Positions 1-15,851 of a stretch of 64,000 nt of DNA are shown in pieces. The DNA comes from the human T2T-CHM13v2.0 reference genome, Homo sapiens, in assembly GCF_009914755.1 (NCBI RefSeq), contig NC_060941.1; one strand, 5' to 3'. The stretch's first letter is position 1. The number at the start of each line of letters is the position of its first letter. The notes beneath the pieces are model-generated. The model was not told the origin of the DNA and did not search any database. It worked only from the letters and a program-made list of their open reading frames with translations. The position numbers and the translations under genes are program-made.

Positions 1-1119
1 TGTCATGTTGAGATTCGTGATAAATTTAGTTACAATGATATTATTCAAATTGGAATTAACTGCAACTTTCCTAGGTATGTAAATGAAAGTGGAGTGAAAT
101 TGCTATATAAACCTAGGGTTATGACCATCAAAATACATGATATAGCAATACAATAATTTAATGTTGACTCAGGGAGTAATAAATCAGATATTTCATTCAA
201 CAAGCTGTGATTTTTTAATTATAACTTAAGAATTATAAGTTAACATTTATAAGTATTGTTTCTTAATAATGAGTTGACAAAAATAATAGTTGAAAAATAC
301 AATTATATAGCATGATTATATTGTGAAAATTTACATTAAAAATTAAAATAATGAATAAATCACCTTTGGAAACTACTGTTATTTAAAATATCAGGAGTCC
401 AGAAAATTGCAACTTATTTTGATCTACATAATCATTTTTACATGAAAATTTAATTCCAAAACCATTGCAAAGATTATTTTCTTAATAACCATAGTATTAA
501 GAATCAGTTTCTGTGAAAGTACAATAGAATACAAACATATCCTAGATGTATTGTTTTCTGCATTTATGCAAGAACAATAAGATTTTTTAAATGTTTGACT
601 TATCTGTGGAAATATGATAGAGACAATTGTATGATTTGGTTTAAGGATTACTCATTTCTGTACTTAGATGAGGTAATTTTTTCTTTTCTAGATAAACTCT
701 AATTCCACTTTTTTCATACAGTACACACCTATACATGCATATATAAGTTTCCGTTAAACAACAGTAGTAAGATTTGAACAGATTATTTACCTACCTTTCT
801 GAAAAGTGTCTGTTAACATTGTTATAAGCCTATAAGGGAAGAAAGGGACTATATTACAAAAGAACAGAAATGATCCAGGAGAGTATGAACACAACTGGAT
901 TCTAAGAATACTGGGCTATTGGGTATCGGGATGTAGATTGGGATAAAAGATTATACCCCTATCAGAACACTGTCAGTTTCACTATTGATGTGGTACAAAC
1001 ACATGATAGGATGGTTTGCAGCATCAAGGAAAAAGTGATGGCCTCAGGTGAGGTTGCAATGTCAAATTTCCCATGGAAGCTGACAGAAGATGCACACGTC
1101 ACAAAGAAAATAACATGTA

Positions 1120-1310
1120 GAATACTTAAAATCTACTCTCAATAATTTTTAAGTTATTTTAAATTATATACTATTGTTATTAACTATAGTCACTATTGCC
1201 ATAGTCGCTATAACTACAGTCACTATAGATCTATTACATAATGTACAATAGATCTCTGAAATTTACTTCTCCTGTCAATTTAAATTTTGTTTCCTTTGAC
1301 TAACATTGAG
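1120..1310 (-). mobile_element. Old L1 (L1MA9/10-like) 3' UTR fragment
   Basis: Contains 'cttaaaatctactctc', 'ttattaactatagtcac' and 'tgtacaatagatctctgaa', which resemble antisense L1MA 3' end motifs. Confidence 0.6.
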
Positions 1311-1669
1311 ATAGCAATTTTTATCACAATTTAAAAATTATAATAACATAAAACAATATAATTTTACAGCAAGGAAAAGGCATTTCTTGAAAGTTAATTC
1401 ACAACATTGAATGAATTGCTAAACAAAACATTGTCAAGAACCAAAACAACTCTAGATATCTCAGGCAGAATGAATTCAAAGAAAATGACTGTGCATATTA
1501 TTTCTCAACATTAGATTCACAATGGAATCACCTGGGGCAATTTTTTAAAGAAACAAATGCCTAAATATCATATCCAGATTCTAATTTATTTGTTATTAGA
1601 TATGGTCTGGAATCACTCTACTCCTGACGTCCCTGCTCAAGAATCAACTTCCAGGAAGAGAGACTGGGA

Positions 1670-2320
1670 CTCACTGATTTTGGTGCTATTCAGTTGAACT
1701 ATGCCCCTACTGATTTTCCACCTGCTGGTTCTATTCATTATAGATAGGGAGATGTTAACATCTCCAATTATAATAGTAGATTTATCTGTCTGTTCTTGCA
1801 GTTCTATCTGTTTTCACCTCATGTGTTATTGACAGCCCGTTACATGCAAACACATTAAGGATTGTTATGTTTTCTTGGAAAATTAAACCCTTTGTGACTA
1901 TGTAATATCGCTTTTGTATCCCCCTATAATTATTCTTGCTCTGAAGTCTTTTTGTTGGAAATTAATATATTAATCCAGCTTTCTTTTAATTAGTATTATC
2001 ATGTTATATATTTTTCAAAGTTAACTCTCAAGCTTGTCCACAATGCGCTTCCAGAAATTAATCAACTACATGTTAAAGTTTTCTGCTCCATTACTAACAT
2101 CTATGGGGGCTCCTGGGCTTTTGCTCCACTATGCTACAATTCTTTGCATTTCCCCATCTCTCTAATTAAGTGGAGATTTAGGGTGGGGGCAGCAGTTTGT
2201 TCTGTGGCCTCAGTCCCCTAACGGATTTAAAATGAGTTGTTGATACTCTGTTTATACAGCATTTTTCTTGTAAGGATGGGAGTGATGACTTCCAAGTTTC
2301 TTACATGCTTGAATAACTGA
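1670..2320 (-). mobile_element. Old L1M fragments (ORF2 and 5' region)
   Basis: 'tctccaattataatagtagatttatct' and 'attaaggattgttatgttttcttgg' are typical of antisense L1M ORF2. Confidence 0.6.
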
Positions 2321-2499
2321 CATTTTTTACTATATTCTCACCCCTATGGTGGTAGAAAAATGCTATAATTTTTGGATCCACAGAACTAAAGTACTAGGAG
2401 AGGGGTTTTTTCACAGGAAAGATGGTTGCTACTGAAAAAAAAAAGAAAAAAAAAAGATAAAGTCTTCTCTGCTATCTCTGCTAGATTCTCTAAACTCTC

Positions 2500-2912
2500 T
2501 TCCTGTCTCTGGAGTCCAGACACACAAGCCTCCTTTTAGTTTTGAGCTTTCACTATGCTTTTATCTTAAAAACTTTGCCTACTATGTCCTTTCTGCTGAG
2601 AAAGCACCTTATCCCCTCAATTACCTAGTTAACATCAAATATCAAATCATACTTCTTACTGAAGGCCAAGTACCACCTCTAGAAGTTTTCCCTAAGAACA
2701 GCCTACATACACTTAATTCTGTGAGCCCTTTTCTTATATCCTTTGAATGCTCTTCCTTCACATTACTCTTCCTTCACAGCCTTTAGCCAGGCAATATATT
2801 ACAGGAAAACAGGGAGAACATAATTTTTGCCATTTACTCTTACCTTTGCCTAGCCCAGTGCCTGGCAAACAATAGATTCTCATTATGTATTTTTTTTGAA
2901 TGAATTAATAAA
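2500..2912. mobile_element. L2 3' fragment
   Basis: Ends 'gcctagcccagtgcctggcaaacaatag...tgaatgaattaataaat', the characteristic L2 terminus. Confidence 0.6.
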
Positions 2913-3944
2913 TCCAAGTAAAATAATTGATGTTTTGGAATTATCTAAGACTGTTAAAATCAGTTAAATATAGTTAATGTGAAGCAAAAAACAGTAAACA
3001 AAATTAATGTAATATACATGCTGATGTTATTTTAGAAAAAACACAATAATTTACAAATTCCTTTCAATAATTCAATTAACTTTTATGAGATTTGATTGAA
3101 GACAAATCTATGAATGCTTTGTTGTAAATAAAAGGTAATCCTTGTAATAAGCAAAAATAAATTAACATAACAAATATCAATTTACAGATAGATGAAAAGT
3201 GATTGTTTTCTAGATGAAAGGAAGATTATTAATAGTTGGCATAAGAAATCAAAAATTAGTTCAACAATTAGTCATACGGAAATGTTGAATATTGACATTA
3301 ATGTGATAAAGAAAACGAGAGTTTCTGCAAATAACCTCCCATATCTGATGTGAATCTTTCACGTCATTCTATAGTTCAACTAGTTCTTAATAACTCAAAA
3401 ACAAGAAGGATAAAATCCATCATTTTGTTTGGCTACCCAGATCCCTCCTGTAGCTGTCATACAGAGTGTGATTTATGAGTTGTAAGTTGTGCTGTGGAGC
3501 TTGACAAGTAAGTTTGATTTCATTTAGTATCTTCTTTAAACCATCTTAGATCTTCTCTTTGACAAGAATTTATGTTAGTGTTCTCAAAATGTAAAATGGG
3601 TAACTTAATGAGAACAAAAGTTGTACCCTAAGATATATTTGCATTATCTACATACTCACAATTAAATCTTAACAGTTCAAATATACCCATTTGTAATAGA
3701 ATCTAACAGTTTTCCTCTTGAATTTTTTGACACCAGAAATTTTTGGTCCCAATAATGTTTAGCTTCCTAGTCACAAACCAAACAGAAAGCAAATTTCATC
3801 AGCTTAGAATGGTTAAAACCAACACAGCTGCAATATTTTTATTTTTGTTTTAAAATTTTGTTTAGTCAAATATAGTTTTAAGATGAGTAGAAATTCTCCT
3901 GAAGATAATAAAGAAAAAGTATGTCATATAATATCTTAAATAAA

Positions 3945-4150
3945 AATAATAATAGTTATTAATTTTTTCTGCTCATTATGTTCCAGAATCTGTACTAAGC
4001 ATTTTAGAGGATTATTTTATTTAATTCACACAATAATCCCTTGAGAAATATATAATTATTATCTTTAATTCACAGTTATTGAAAATGAGACACAAAGAGG
4101 TTAAGAATTTTGTCCAAGGTCAGGCAGCTAATGTGACTTAGCAAGGGTGT
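3945..4150. mobile_element. MIR
   Basis: MIR core: 'tttaattcacacaataatccc...gaaaatgagacacaaagaggttaagaattttgtccaaggtca'. Confidence 0.75.
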
Positions 4151-6685
4151 AATTAAGAAAAAATAAGTCTTTCTTATCTTATGGGAAATTTGGAAAAGCA
4201 AATATCTAGGTTCTCTTTTTAATTAAAAAATATAAAATGTAAAATGTGAGTCTCTCTTAAAGCAGGGAATCAACTTTAATTAAATTGAAACAATACAGAA
4301 TCTTTTGTTATTCAGGCTCTATATTATTATTATCTCTGCTGATAGCAAAAGCTAAGAATAGAAAATATTTCTGACCCAAGTTGGTAAATTATGAATCAAC
4401 CTGCTAGATAATCAGAATAGGCTAACAAGTGGAATTAAATGTAATTATTCTATATTAAATATAATATAAACAATTTCTTATTATAATTTTACTAAGATTC
4501 TACCAGTTGCAACTGAAATATAACATTTTAAATCCAAGCTTAATAAAAGAACTTGGCATGAGATGTTTTCATAGGAAATAGTGACAATTCATATTATTTT
4601 TAAGTGTAAATGAGATGTATTATTTCTGTATTTCATTTTCCTTCTAAAAGTTATTTTTAAAGTTTTAGTTTTTCTGAAGTTGATAGCTATTACTAACTCT
4701 TTTGGGCAAAGTTTTTTGAGATAGATTAATTTATATAATTAGGAAGAAACTAAAGTAGTTGTGAAAGTTTCTAAAAAGATAATAAAGTAGTTGTCTTTAT
4801 GTTATAATAGAAAATGAGAATGTGAACGCAGATCATTTTGACTCTCAGAGTTTGTGTTTTCAGCAAATATTACCTGAATATTGATATATAAATTAGAATT
4901 CCCCAAAGGAAAACATTTAAAAATGTTAAAATTAATAAAATCATTAGCTTATATACTTGTCCTTAGTATCAGGACATTCTCCAGTGGATTCAATAGAGCA
5001 TCTGCAGTTTTATTTTTTGAACAAAGGTTTCTGCAATATAGACTCATGGTGTGAGCTTACTGGGTCATGTTCTTTGTTCCTTCTTGGAGCTTTGGGAGGC
5101 ATTTATAAAAGAGCTGCTGTAGTAGAAGGACTGAGTTGTATCACCCTGAGGATTTAAGTTTCTGCGGGAGAATCAAATTCACTTTAGTATAGGGATTTAG
5201 TAGGTTTCCCTAGCCTTATTAACAAAATATCATGGACTGGATTATTAACAAAATACTAATACGACATGAAAAGTGCATACTTTGTCTTACAATAATCCAG
5301 TTAAGACACTATTTTTGTATAGCAAAATTCTTTACTACACACTAGTTACAAATCAAGTGAGCAAGAGGTGGTCATACTGCTCTGCTTCCTATTCCTGCCC
5401 TTTCCTCCTACCCCAGCTGAAAATACTTGCTGCAAATGTCCTTTTATAGGAGACTTTGACCCCAGGGTGTAGAAAGGGAAAGGAAAAGGTCAGAAATATA
5501 TGTCTTGTCTATAACTTAAATCTAATACCAGCACAAAAGCCTGAAAGGACTGATTTTTAGAGAGCGTTGGCAGGAAACTGCTCTGCTATCATCTGTTTTA
5601 AGCTACTTTTATACATTATTTTTTTCGGCTTCTACTCTGCTACTATTCAACTGCAATTTGTTTTATTGTACACTTCAACACCATGAACAGTATCTTAGTT
5701 ATTATTGAAATGTATTACAAGTTCATAAAGAAAACAGCATTTTGTTTCTTCAGTCATCTACTTTGGATGAAAGTGTTATTTAGAAAAGACTAAATGGGAA
5801 AAATAATACATTAAAAATAAAAATTGCATATTAATTTTTTAGATCAAATAAACCAATTTTCAGCATTTTCATGGACCTTTATAACCAAAATAAATAAACA
5901 TTTAAAGACAGATGATTTAATTCAGTATTTTGTTTCTTGAAAATACTGGAATATGTGTTTTAGATAATGTATATATTTCTGTTATTGAAAAGTTTTCAAT
6001 AGTCAGCTGACTTCATATGCAACTTTTTGCAAATAATAATACCATTTTAAACTTATTCAAGGATTTTAGGTGTTCTTAAATATTATTTTATAACTTATTT
6101 TACTCCCCTAAAGTAAATATTTATGGCATCTGTAAGCCATTGTACAATTGGTATAGCATAGTATTAGGATTGTCCTTTGTAATATTTTATAGTATTCACA
6201 TTTGTATTTAATCGCAAATTTGATATAATTTAGCCAAGCCTTCAATACATTTATAAAGAGAGCACTACTGAGACTTTATACAATGGAATAAAATAACAAA
6301 ATGTGATGGCAGCATTCTTCCACTCAAAGAGATATATATATTTTTTATTCTATCCAATTTTTAACTAATTTTATTTTTTGCACCCAATGGAGGGGAAAAT
6401 TACTAAAAGTGTGATTAAGGCTATTATAAGATACATAAACTGTATGACACAAGCATTCTCAACTCAACTTTACACTTCACATTGTTTATGAACTTAGTAT
6501 GCCAGCTTTTTAAGTGTGGTGGGGTCTGGTATTCCACACTTATATGTCTCTGAATCCCACCCTTGTGCTGATGCTAAGATGAACTGAAGCAGGGATGAAT
6601 TTTTCTCTTACATGGAAACATGAATATATTCCAAACTGGAGGGAGCTCTCACAAGCAGTTCGCCTACGGTAATTACTTTGTGCCT

Positions 6686-7145
6686 TGTAATGGGTCACAC
6701 AGTATCCTCAAAAAGGTGTGTCTGAGTCCTAGACCCTCTCCCCTCCCAGTACCTGTAAATGTCACCTTATTTTGAAATAGGAGCTTTACAGATAAAATAA
6801 AGTTAAAGATCTCAGGGTGAGATCATCCGGAATTTAGAGTGAGTCATGGATATTTGGGACACAGAAACACAAGCAAGGTCATGTGAAGATAGAGACAAAG
6901 GTTACAGTTATGCTGTCACAAGCCAAGGAGTACCAGGAACCACCCGGAACTAGAAGAGGCAGGGAAGGATTCTTCCCTAGAGCCATCAGAAGAAGTACGG
7001 TCCTGAGTACGCCTGGATTTTGGTCTTTTTGCCTCTATAAGTGAGAGATATTATTATTATTACTATTATTATTATTATTGTAACAATTTTAAGCCACAAG
7101 TTTTGTAGCAATTTCTTTTGGCAGCACTAGGAAACTAGTTAATGC
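6686..7145 (+). mobile_element. MaLR solo LTR (MLT1C/D-like)
   Basis: Starts 'tgtaatggg'; contains 'aatgtcaccttattttgaaatagg', 'cacaagccaagga' and 'ggaaggattcttccctagagcc'; ends 'gcagcactaggaaacta'. Confidence 0.8.
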
Positions 7146-7375
7146 CTCTATTATTTGGTTAAACAAAGAACACTATTAAGTATTTTTAAAACAATGTATA
7201 TGAATGTTGATTATGGTAAGCAAACAGTTTATAATCAGATCAGTTTCTATGTAAAATTTCATGTTATTATATTGATTTTGTTTTGTTTTAACCATACAAG
7301 ACTTGCTTGGATGTGGTACCATTGAATACCATCCCCATTCCCTCCTGTCCCACAACTTTTTGAAATTTATGGGGC

Positions 7376-7773
7376 TTTGTTCTAGACTGAATATTTCTTT
7401 TCCCTCAAATTTCATATGTTAAAGCCCTACCCCACAATGTGACAGTATTGGGAAGTGAGGTCTTTGAGAATTAATTAGGTTTAGACAAAGTCATGAGCTT
7501 AGGACCCTCATCAATGGAATTAGTGTCCTTATAAGAACAGGAAGTCTATAGAGTGCTCTCTCTCTCTCTCTCTCTCTCTCTGTGTCTCTCTCTCTCTCTG
7601 TCCATCTGCTACGTGAGGAAAAAGCAAGCTGGGAAGAAGACCTCACGAGAAAACAAATTTGCCAGCACCTTAATCTTGCACTTTCCAGCTTCTAAAATTC
7701 TGAGAAATAAATGTCTGTTGTGTAAGCCATCCAGTCCATGACATTCTGTTATAGAATCCTGGACTGACTGATA
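7376..7773 (+). mobile_element. MaLR solo LTR (MLT1A-like) with internal (CT)n at ~7555-7600
   Basis: 'aaatttcatatgttaaagcccta', 'ggaattagtgtccttataaga', 'ctgagaaataaatgtctgttg...aagccatccagt'. Confidence 0.8.
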
Positions 7774-8215
7774 TGGGCTGGAACATGCTGGAGAGATGGT
7801 ACAAAATCTAATTTTAGAAAAATATTTTAAGTTGTAAGATCTGAGGCAAAAATCAGTTAAATATTACCATTTACATTAACCAAATTACTCCATTTGCAGT
7901 ATCAAATTAAGGAAATTTATGTTTTATTCAAGCTTTTAAAATCAGCACACCCACTTTGCAGAAGTAATTAATAACCCATGATTATTAATTATGTTTGCCA
8001 ATTTAATTTTCATCCAGTATTACTTGCAGGGAAAGTTTGAAATAGATAAATCATCTTCCTTTTGAGATGTCACTTGTATCACTAAAGGCTACCTATAATT
8101 TCTGTAATTGTTACTCTTTAATGCAACTTTAAACTTCGAAGAAAGATGTTTCAATATTTTTTTTTGGTTTTTGTTTTTTCTTTTCTTTTTTGTTCATTTT
8201 GTTTGATAATGTATC

Positions 8216-9240
8216 TTTTTATATTATTATTATACTTTAAGTTTTAGGGTACATGTGCACAATGTGAAGGTTAGTTACATATGTATACATGTGCCATGCT
8301 GGTGTGCTGCACCCATTAACTCGTCATTTAGCATTAGGTGTATCTCCTAATGCTATCCCTCTCCCCTCCCCCCACCCCACAACAGTCCCCAGAGTGTGAT
8401 GTTCTCCTTCCTGTGTCCATGTGTTCTCATTGTTCAATTCCCACCTATGAGTGAGAACATGCGGTGTTTGGTTTTTTGTCCTTGCGATAGTTTACTGGCA
8501 ATGATGATTTCCAATTTCATCCATGTCCCTACAAAGGACATGAACTCATCATTTTTTATGGCTGCATAGTATTCCATGGTGTATATGTGACACATTTTCT
8601 TAATCCAGTCTATCATTGTTGGACATTTGGGTTGGTTCCAAGTATTTGCTATTGTGAATAGTGCCACAATAAACATACGTGTGCATGTGTCTTTATAGCA
8701 GCATGATTTATAGTCCTTTGGGTATATACCCAGTAATGGGATGGCTGGGTCAAATGGTATTTCTAGTTCTATATCCCTGAGGAATCGCCACACTGACTTC
8801 CACAATGGTCGAACTAGTTTACAGTCCCACTAATAGTGTAAAAGTGTTCCTATTTCTCCACATCCTCTCCAGCACCTGTTGTTTCCTGACTTTTTAATGA
8901 TCGCCATTGTAACTGGTGTGAGATGGTATCTCATTGTGGTTTTGATTTGCATTTCTCTGATGCCCAGTGATGGTGAGCATTTTTTCATGTGTTTTTTGGC
9001 TGCATAAATATCTTCCTTTGAGAAGTGTCTGTTCATGTCCTTTGCCCACTTTTTGATGGGGTTGTTTGTTTTTTTCTTGTAAATTTGTTTGAGTTAATTG
9101 TAGATTCTGGATATTAGCCCTTTGTCAGATGAGTAGGTTGGGAAATTTTTCTCCCATTTTGTAGGTTGCCTGTTCACTCTGATGGGTTGCTGTGCAGAAG
9201 CTCTTTAGTTTAATTAGATCCCATTTGTCAATTTTGGCTT
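8216..9240 (-). mobile_element. 5'-truncated L1 (L1PA3-like): ORF2 C-terminus, 3' UTR and tail
   Basis: ORFs 8830-9036 and 8434-8805 translate to the L1 ORF2p C-terminal region ([13 protein letters not shown]; MEYYAAIK). The 3' UTR and a T-rich tail lie on the left. No clear TSD. Confidence 0.95.
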
Positions 9241-9410
9241 ATTGTTAAATTGACTTAAATGACTAAGACTGTAGCTTAAATGAATGAGATTGTGGTGGAG
9301 AGGATATTCCCCAAACTAACTCTGTCTCTGACATTTAGGGGTTTGTTGTAATAGTAACACCTTGCTAGCAATCATCTACTAGTGATTTGCTCATGGAACA
9401 TGCTGGAGAG

Positions 9411-9551
9411 AAGGAGTGTCTGAGTCCTAGACCCTCTCCCATCCCAGTACTTGTAAATGTCACCTTATTTTGAAATAGGAGCTTTACAGATATAATAAAG
9501 TTAAAGATCTCAGGGTGAGATCATCCTGAATTAAGATTGAGTCATGGATAT
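9411..9551 (+). repeat. 141-bp local duplicate of 6713-6853 (part of the MLT1 LTR)
   Basis: Direct ungapped comparison at offset 2698 gives about 7 mismatches in 141 bp by eye. Confidence 0.9.
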
Positions 9552-9552
9552 G

Positions 9553-9650
9553 AATATATGCATATATATATATATATTGCATGCATGTGGAGGCAGGTTG
9601 TATATAATATAATATGTATATATATTACATATGTATAGTGTGTGTGTGTG

Positions 9651-9695
<45 letters not shown>

Positions 9696-9700
9696 TATAT
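9553..9700. repeat. (TA)n/(TG)n compound microsatellite
   Basis: Alternating TA and TG runs visible directly. Confidence 0.9.
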
Positions 9701-10255
9701 ACACCCTGCCTCCACATGCATGGCCTCCCTCATTATCAGTATCCTCCCCTAGAGTGGTACAACTGTCAAAATTGACTTGCCTACATTAACACAATGTTGT
9801 CACCCAGTGGTAAATATACATAACATAAAAGATATAATTTAATCATTTTAAATTCTAAAACTCAGTGATATTGAATACATTCACAATGTTGTGTAATTAA
9901 CACTGTTTTCATAACTTTTATATCACATCAAACAGAAATTCTGTACCATTAAGCAATAATTCTCCATTCCCCTTGCCCCAGCCTCCATGCCCTAGAAACA
10001 AGCAATCTGCATTCCCCCTGCATGAATTTGACTATTCGTGATCTTTCATATAAGTAGAATCATGTACTATTTGTCCTTTTGTATCTGGCTTATTTTATTT
10101 AGCATAATGTTTTCAAGATTTATCCATGTTGTAAACATGTATCAGAACGTCATTCCCTTTTTATGGCTAAATAATATTCCCTTGTGTGTACATGCCACAT
10201 TTTGTTTATCCACACATACAGGTTTGTTTTCACTTTTTGACTCTTGTGAATAAGA
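9700..10255 (-). mobile_element. Old L1 3' fragments (L1MC-like 9700-9808, L1MB-like 9810-10255)
   Basis: 'cctcccctagagtggtaca...cacccag', then 'atacattcacaatgttgtg' and 'tatctggcttattttatttagcataatgttttcaag'. Confidence 0.7.
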
Positions 10256-11754
10256 ATGAGTGATGGTATCTGGCATGTGCAGGCAGCCACTTTCTTGCTA
10301 AAGACCAATAGCATCAAGCACTCTACTAATGGTTGTAATTTATCTGATTAGGATCCAGATTTCCAAAAATGTTAATTCTTATTTTTTCCAGTTCAATGGC
10401 AGTTTTCATGGAGGTATTGACTTCTAAAACTTCCTATTCCAATCTTCTGAAATCCACTTTAAAAGAGTGGTTTAAATTCTGTGTTTGTAGGATGAAATTG
10501 ATAAAAAAATATTTTAACAACTTTCAAAATTGCATTACAGAGATAATGTCTTTGGCTATTGGGTGTTCACATATTTGGTATGTTATAAACAACTTTCTGG
10601 AAGGTAAAGGCCTTTTATCTCACACTTAATATTAAGACAGGAACCATTGTCCTAGCAATAGCTTTTGGATTTGATGTGATATATTTGTATGTAATGAGTT
10701 TTTAAAAGTTAGAGTGAAAAGTCACCTCATACAAAACAAAATAATTTTTACTGTTATAAGAAAGTAGTTATTAATTACTTATAAAACATGCAAGTATCTT
10801 TGTGATATTTGGTGATTTATTTTTCTCCAGTCATCTTGTGTTGTTCTTAGTGGAGAAAAAAATATGGGTGCTCTTTGTCTATGACAATGTGAAAAGTAAG
10901 TATATGGTTTCCCTAAAAATTCTTCTAAGTTTTTAATCCTCTAAAATGATCATTGATATGTAAAAATAAATATTAATAATAGCAACTTAAGGATCATTTT
11001 TGCTGTTATCAGAAATTGAAAATACTGTAACAGTCCATCAATAAATGGTTATGTATATTATGATATATAGCATACATAGCGTATGTCCATATATAGAATA
11101 TGTAAGAAATGTATACAACAAAGCACAATGAATACACGATTATACTAAGATGGATGGGCATGGATCCACGTATTATTCTGTTTGTACATGGTCTTTTCCA
11201 AAAAGAAATAAAATGTAAGAAAGAAGAAAAAAATAAAGAGAAAGAGAATAAAGGCAACTAAATAAAATATAAACCAGGATGTGTAAGTGGTCTCATCTTA
11301 GGACTGGAACACCAGTAAAGCCTCTCTTCTCTGGAAAAAGTTTATGTCTCTGAAGTTTTCTCAGTGCATCACAACTGACAGCAGCAGGAATGTGTTTTTG
11401 CTAACAGCAATAGAAAAGCAAAACTGTCTCAAGATTGTAATATTAATCCAAAGGTTAAAACTTCTTACCTTAGTGTTGCTGCTTTCTCTATGCACATCCC
11501 AAAGGACCTAGGAAGGTGGAAAGGACATAGGAGATGGAAAATGTAGAAAATAAAAAAATAAGGTAAATTTAAAAGGTAATAAGACTAACATCCATTCATT
11601 CACATTAAGCTCCTAATTGTAACACATTCTCTGGTAGACACTGCGGATATAGCAGTGAAAAAAAAAAGAAAAAAAAATATGCCTTTTTGGAGCTTATATT
11701 CTCTTGGAAGGAGATATTATATAGCTTAATTACTTTTGTTATTATATATGTTAA

Positions 11755-13855
<2,101 letters not shown>

Positions 13856-13950
13856 AAGCAAATAACATGAGGAGGAGATACAATTTTAAGTAGGGAATAA
13901 AGGATGGCATGACAGAGACAGTAGCATATGAGTGAAAAGCTTGAAAGAGG

Positions 13951-14327
13951 TGATATGGTTTGACTGGGTCCCCCACTAAATCTAAAGCTTGAATTGTAGT
14001 TCCTGTAATCCCCATGTGTCATGGGAGGGACCTGGTGGGGGTTAATTTAATCACGGGGTCAGTTACCCCCATGCTGCTGTTCTTGTGGTATGAGTGAGTT
14101 CTTATGCTCTCTGGTGGTTTTATCAGGGTCTTTTTCCCCATTTTGCTTGGCACTTCTCCTTGCTGCCACCACGTGAAGAAGGATGTGTTGCTTCCCCTTA
14201 TCATGGTTATAACTTTCCTGAGGTCTCACCAGCTGTGCAGAACTGTGACTCAATTAAACCTCTTTCCTTTATAAATTACCCAGTCTAGGATATGTTTTTA
14301 TTAACAGCATGAGAAGGAACTAATACA
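13951..14327 (+). mobile_element. THE1 (THE1C/D-like) solo LTR
   Basis: Begins 'tgatatggtttg', ends 'aactaataca', and contains 'caattaaacctctttcctttataaattacccagtct'. Confidence 0.9.
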
Positions 14328-14411
14328 GAAGGTAAGAAAGCAATCCAGGGGGGATTTGAAGACAGGTGTTTTCAGTCACAGAAACCATGTAAAAAGCATC
14401 TAATGTGAGAG

Positions 14412-14776
14412 TGCTATAATCTGAATGTTGACAGCCCCCCAAATTCATACATTGAAATCTAATTCACAGTATGATACTATTAAAAGCTAAGGTCTTTGGA
14501 AGGTGATTATGTCATGAATACAGAGCCTTCATGAAGGAGATTGGTGCCTTTATAAAAGATGCCTGAGGGGTTGGTTTGTCCCTTCCACCATATGATGACT
14601 CCACCATATGAAGAAGATGGGTCTATGAACTAGGAAATAGGGCCTCATCATATATGGAATATGTGAGCACATTGATCTGGGACTTAGCTTCCAGAACTGT
14701 GAAGAATAAATTTATGTCCTTTATAAGCTACTTACTATATGATATTTTGTTATAGCTGCTCAAATGGACTAACACA
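14412..14776 (+). mobile_element. MLT1A0-like solo LTR
   Basis: 'tgctataatctgaatgtt...ggactaacaca', flanked by gagag/gagac (5-bp TSD with one mismatch). Confidence 0.85.
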
Positions 14777-15851
14777 GAGACAATTCCCAGCCTGCCCAAA
14801 GAGCATCAGGAAGTGTTGGGTACAGTAAAGCTGGAACAGAGCCACGAGGGGAAGAGCAACAGGGCTGTGATCAAAGAGGTGTGCCTGGTGGGGAGCATGA
14901 GTAGAGCTGTATAATCTGTACAATAATGACCCAGAGTGGAATTAGAAGTCCTTAAAAGTGGGTGAGCAGAGTGGCATGATCTCTATTATATTATGTTATA
15001 TTCTTGCTTGGATATTGAGAATAGACTGAAGGTGAGGGCTAATGCAGAAGCAGGAAGGGAGATAAAAATTCAGAGGAGACATGATGTTGGCTTAGCCTGG
15101 GTGGATAACAGCAGTAGTAAAAATTATTTAAATGTTTTGAAGGTAGGTTTGCTGAGAAGTAATTTTGGAGGTACATTACCAAGACTAAATTTATATTTTA
15201 TAAAATGAACAAATTTAAGGTGTATACCTTAACTTTATATATTTATGCACTCATATTCACACCACCCATATTAAGATAAAGAACAGAAACTCTTCTGGTG
15301 CTTTATTCCGCAGAAAACCTTCTGGTGCTTTATTCCAGTCAATAACAAACACTGGTCAAAGGATATTCTACTATGACCATAGTTTTCTTTTGCCTCTCGC
15401 TAAACTTAGTTTGTCTGGAGTCATACAGATTTTAAGCTTTTGTGTCTGACCTATTTTACTCAACATGATGTTTTGGAGATACATCCATGCTGATTTATGT
15501 GTCTATTTTATTTTTTATTGCTATGTATTATTACTCTGTAAGTCAATATCATAATTTGTTTATCTCTTCTCCTCTTTATAGATGTTACATCCAGTTTTTG
15601 CCTACAAAGAAAAACAAACTGCTATGAATAAATTTATATCTGTCTCTATCGTGTGAATACACACCCTCATTTATTTTTGGAATATACCTATTAATTGAAT
15701 TATGATGTCATTGGGTATGTGCGCAGTTTAACTTTATAAGAAATAGCCAAACTTATTTAAAATGTAGCTATACAATTTACTTTCCCACCACAAATGTATG
15801 AGATTTTCTTTGTTTCATAACCTCTTCAGAATTGCTATATTCAGTTCCCAA

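Noticed and set aside
4950-5175. Possible minus-strand exon (acceptor-like 'ttctcccgcag') and 66-aa plus-strand ORF
   Set aside because: Stops in all three minus-strand frames, no recognisable protein and no partner exons.
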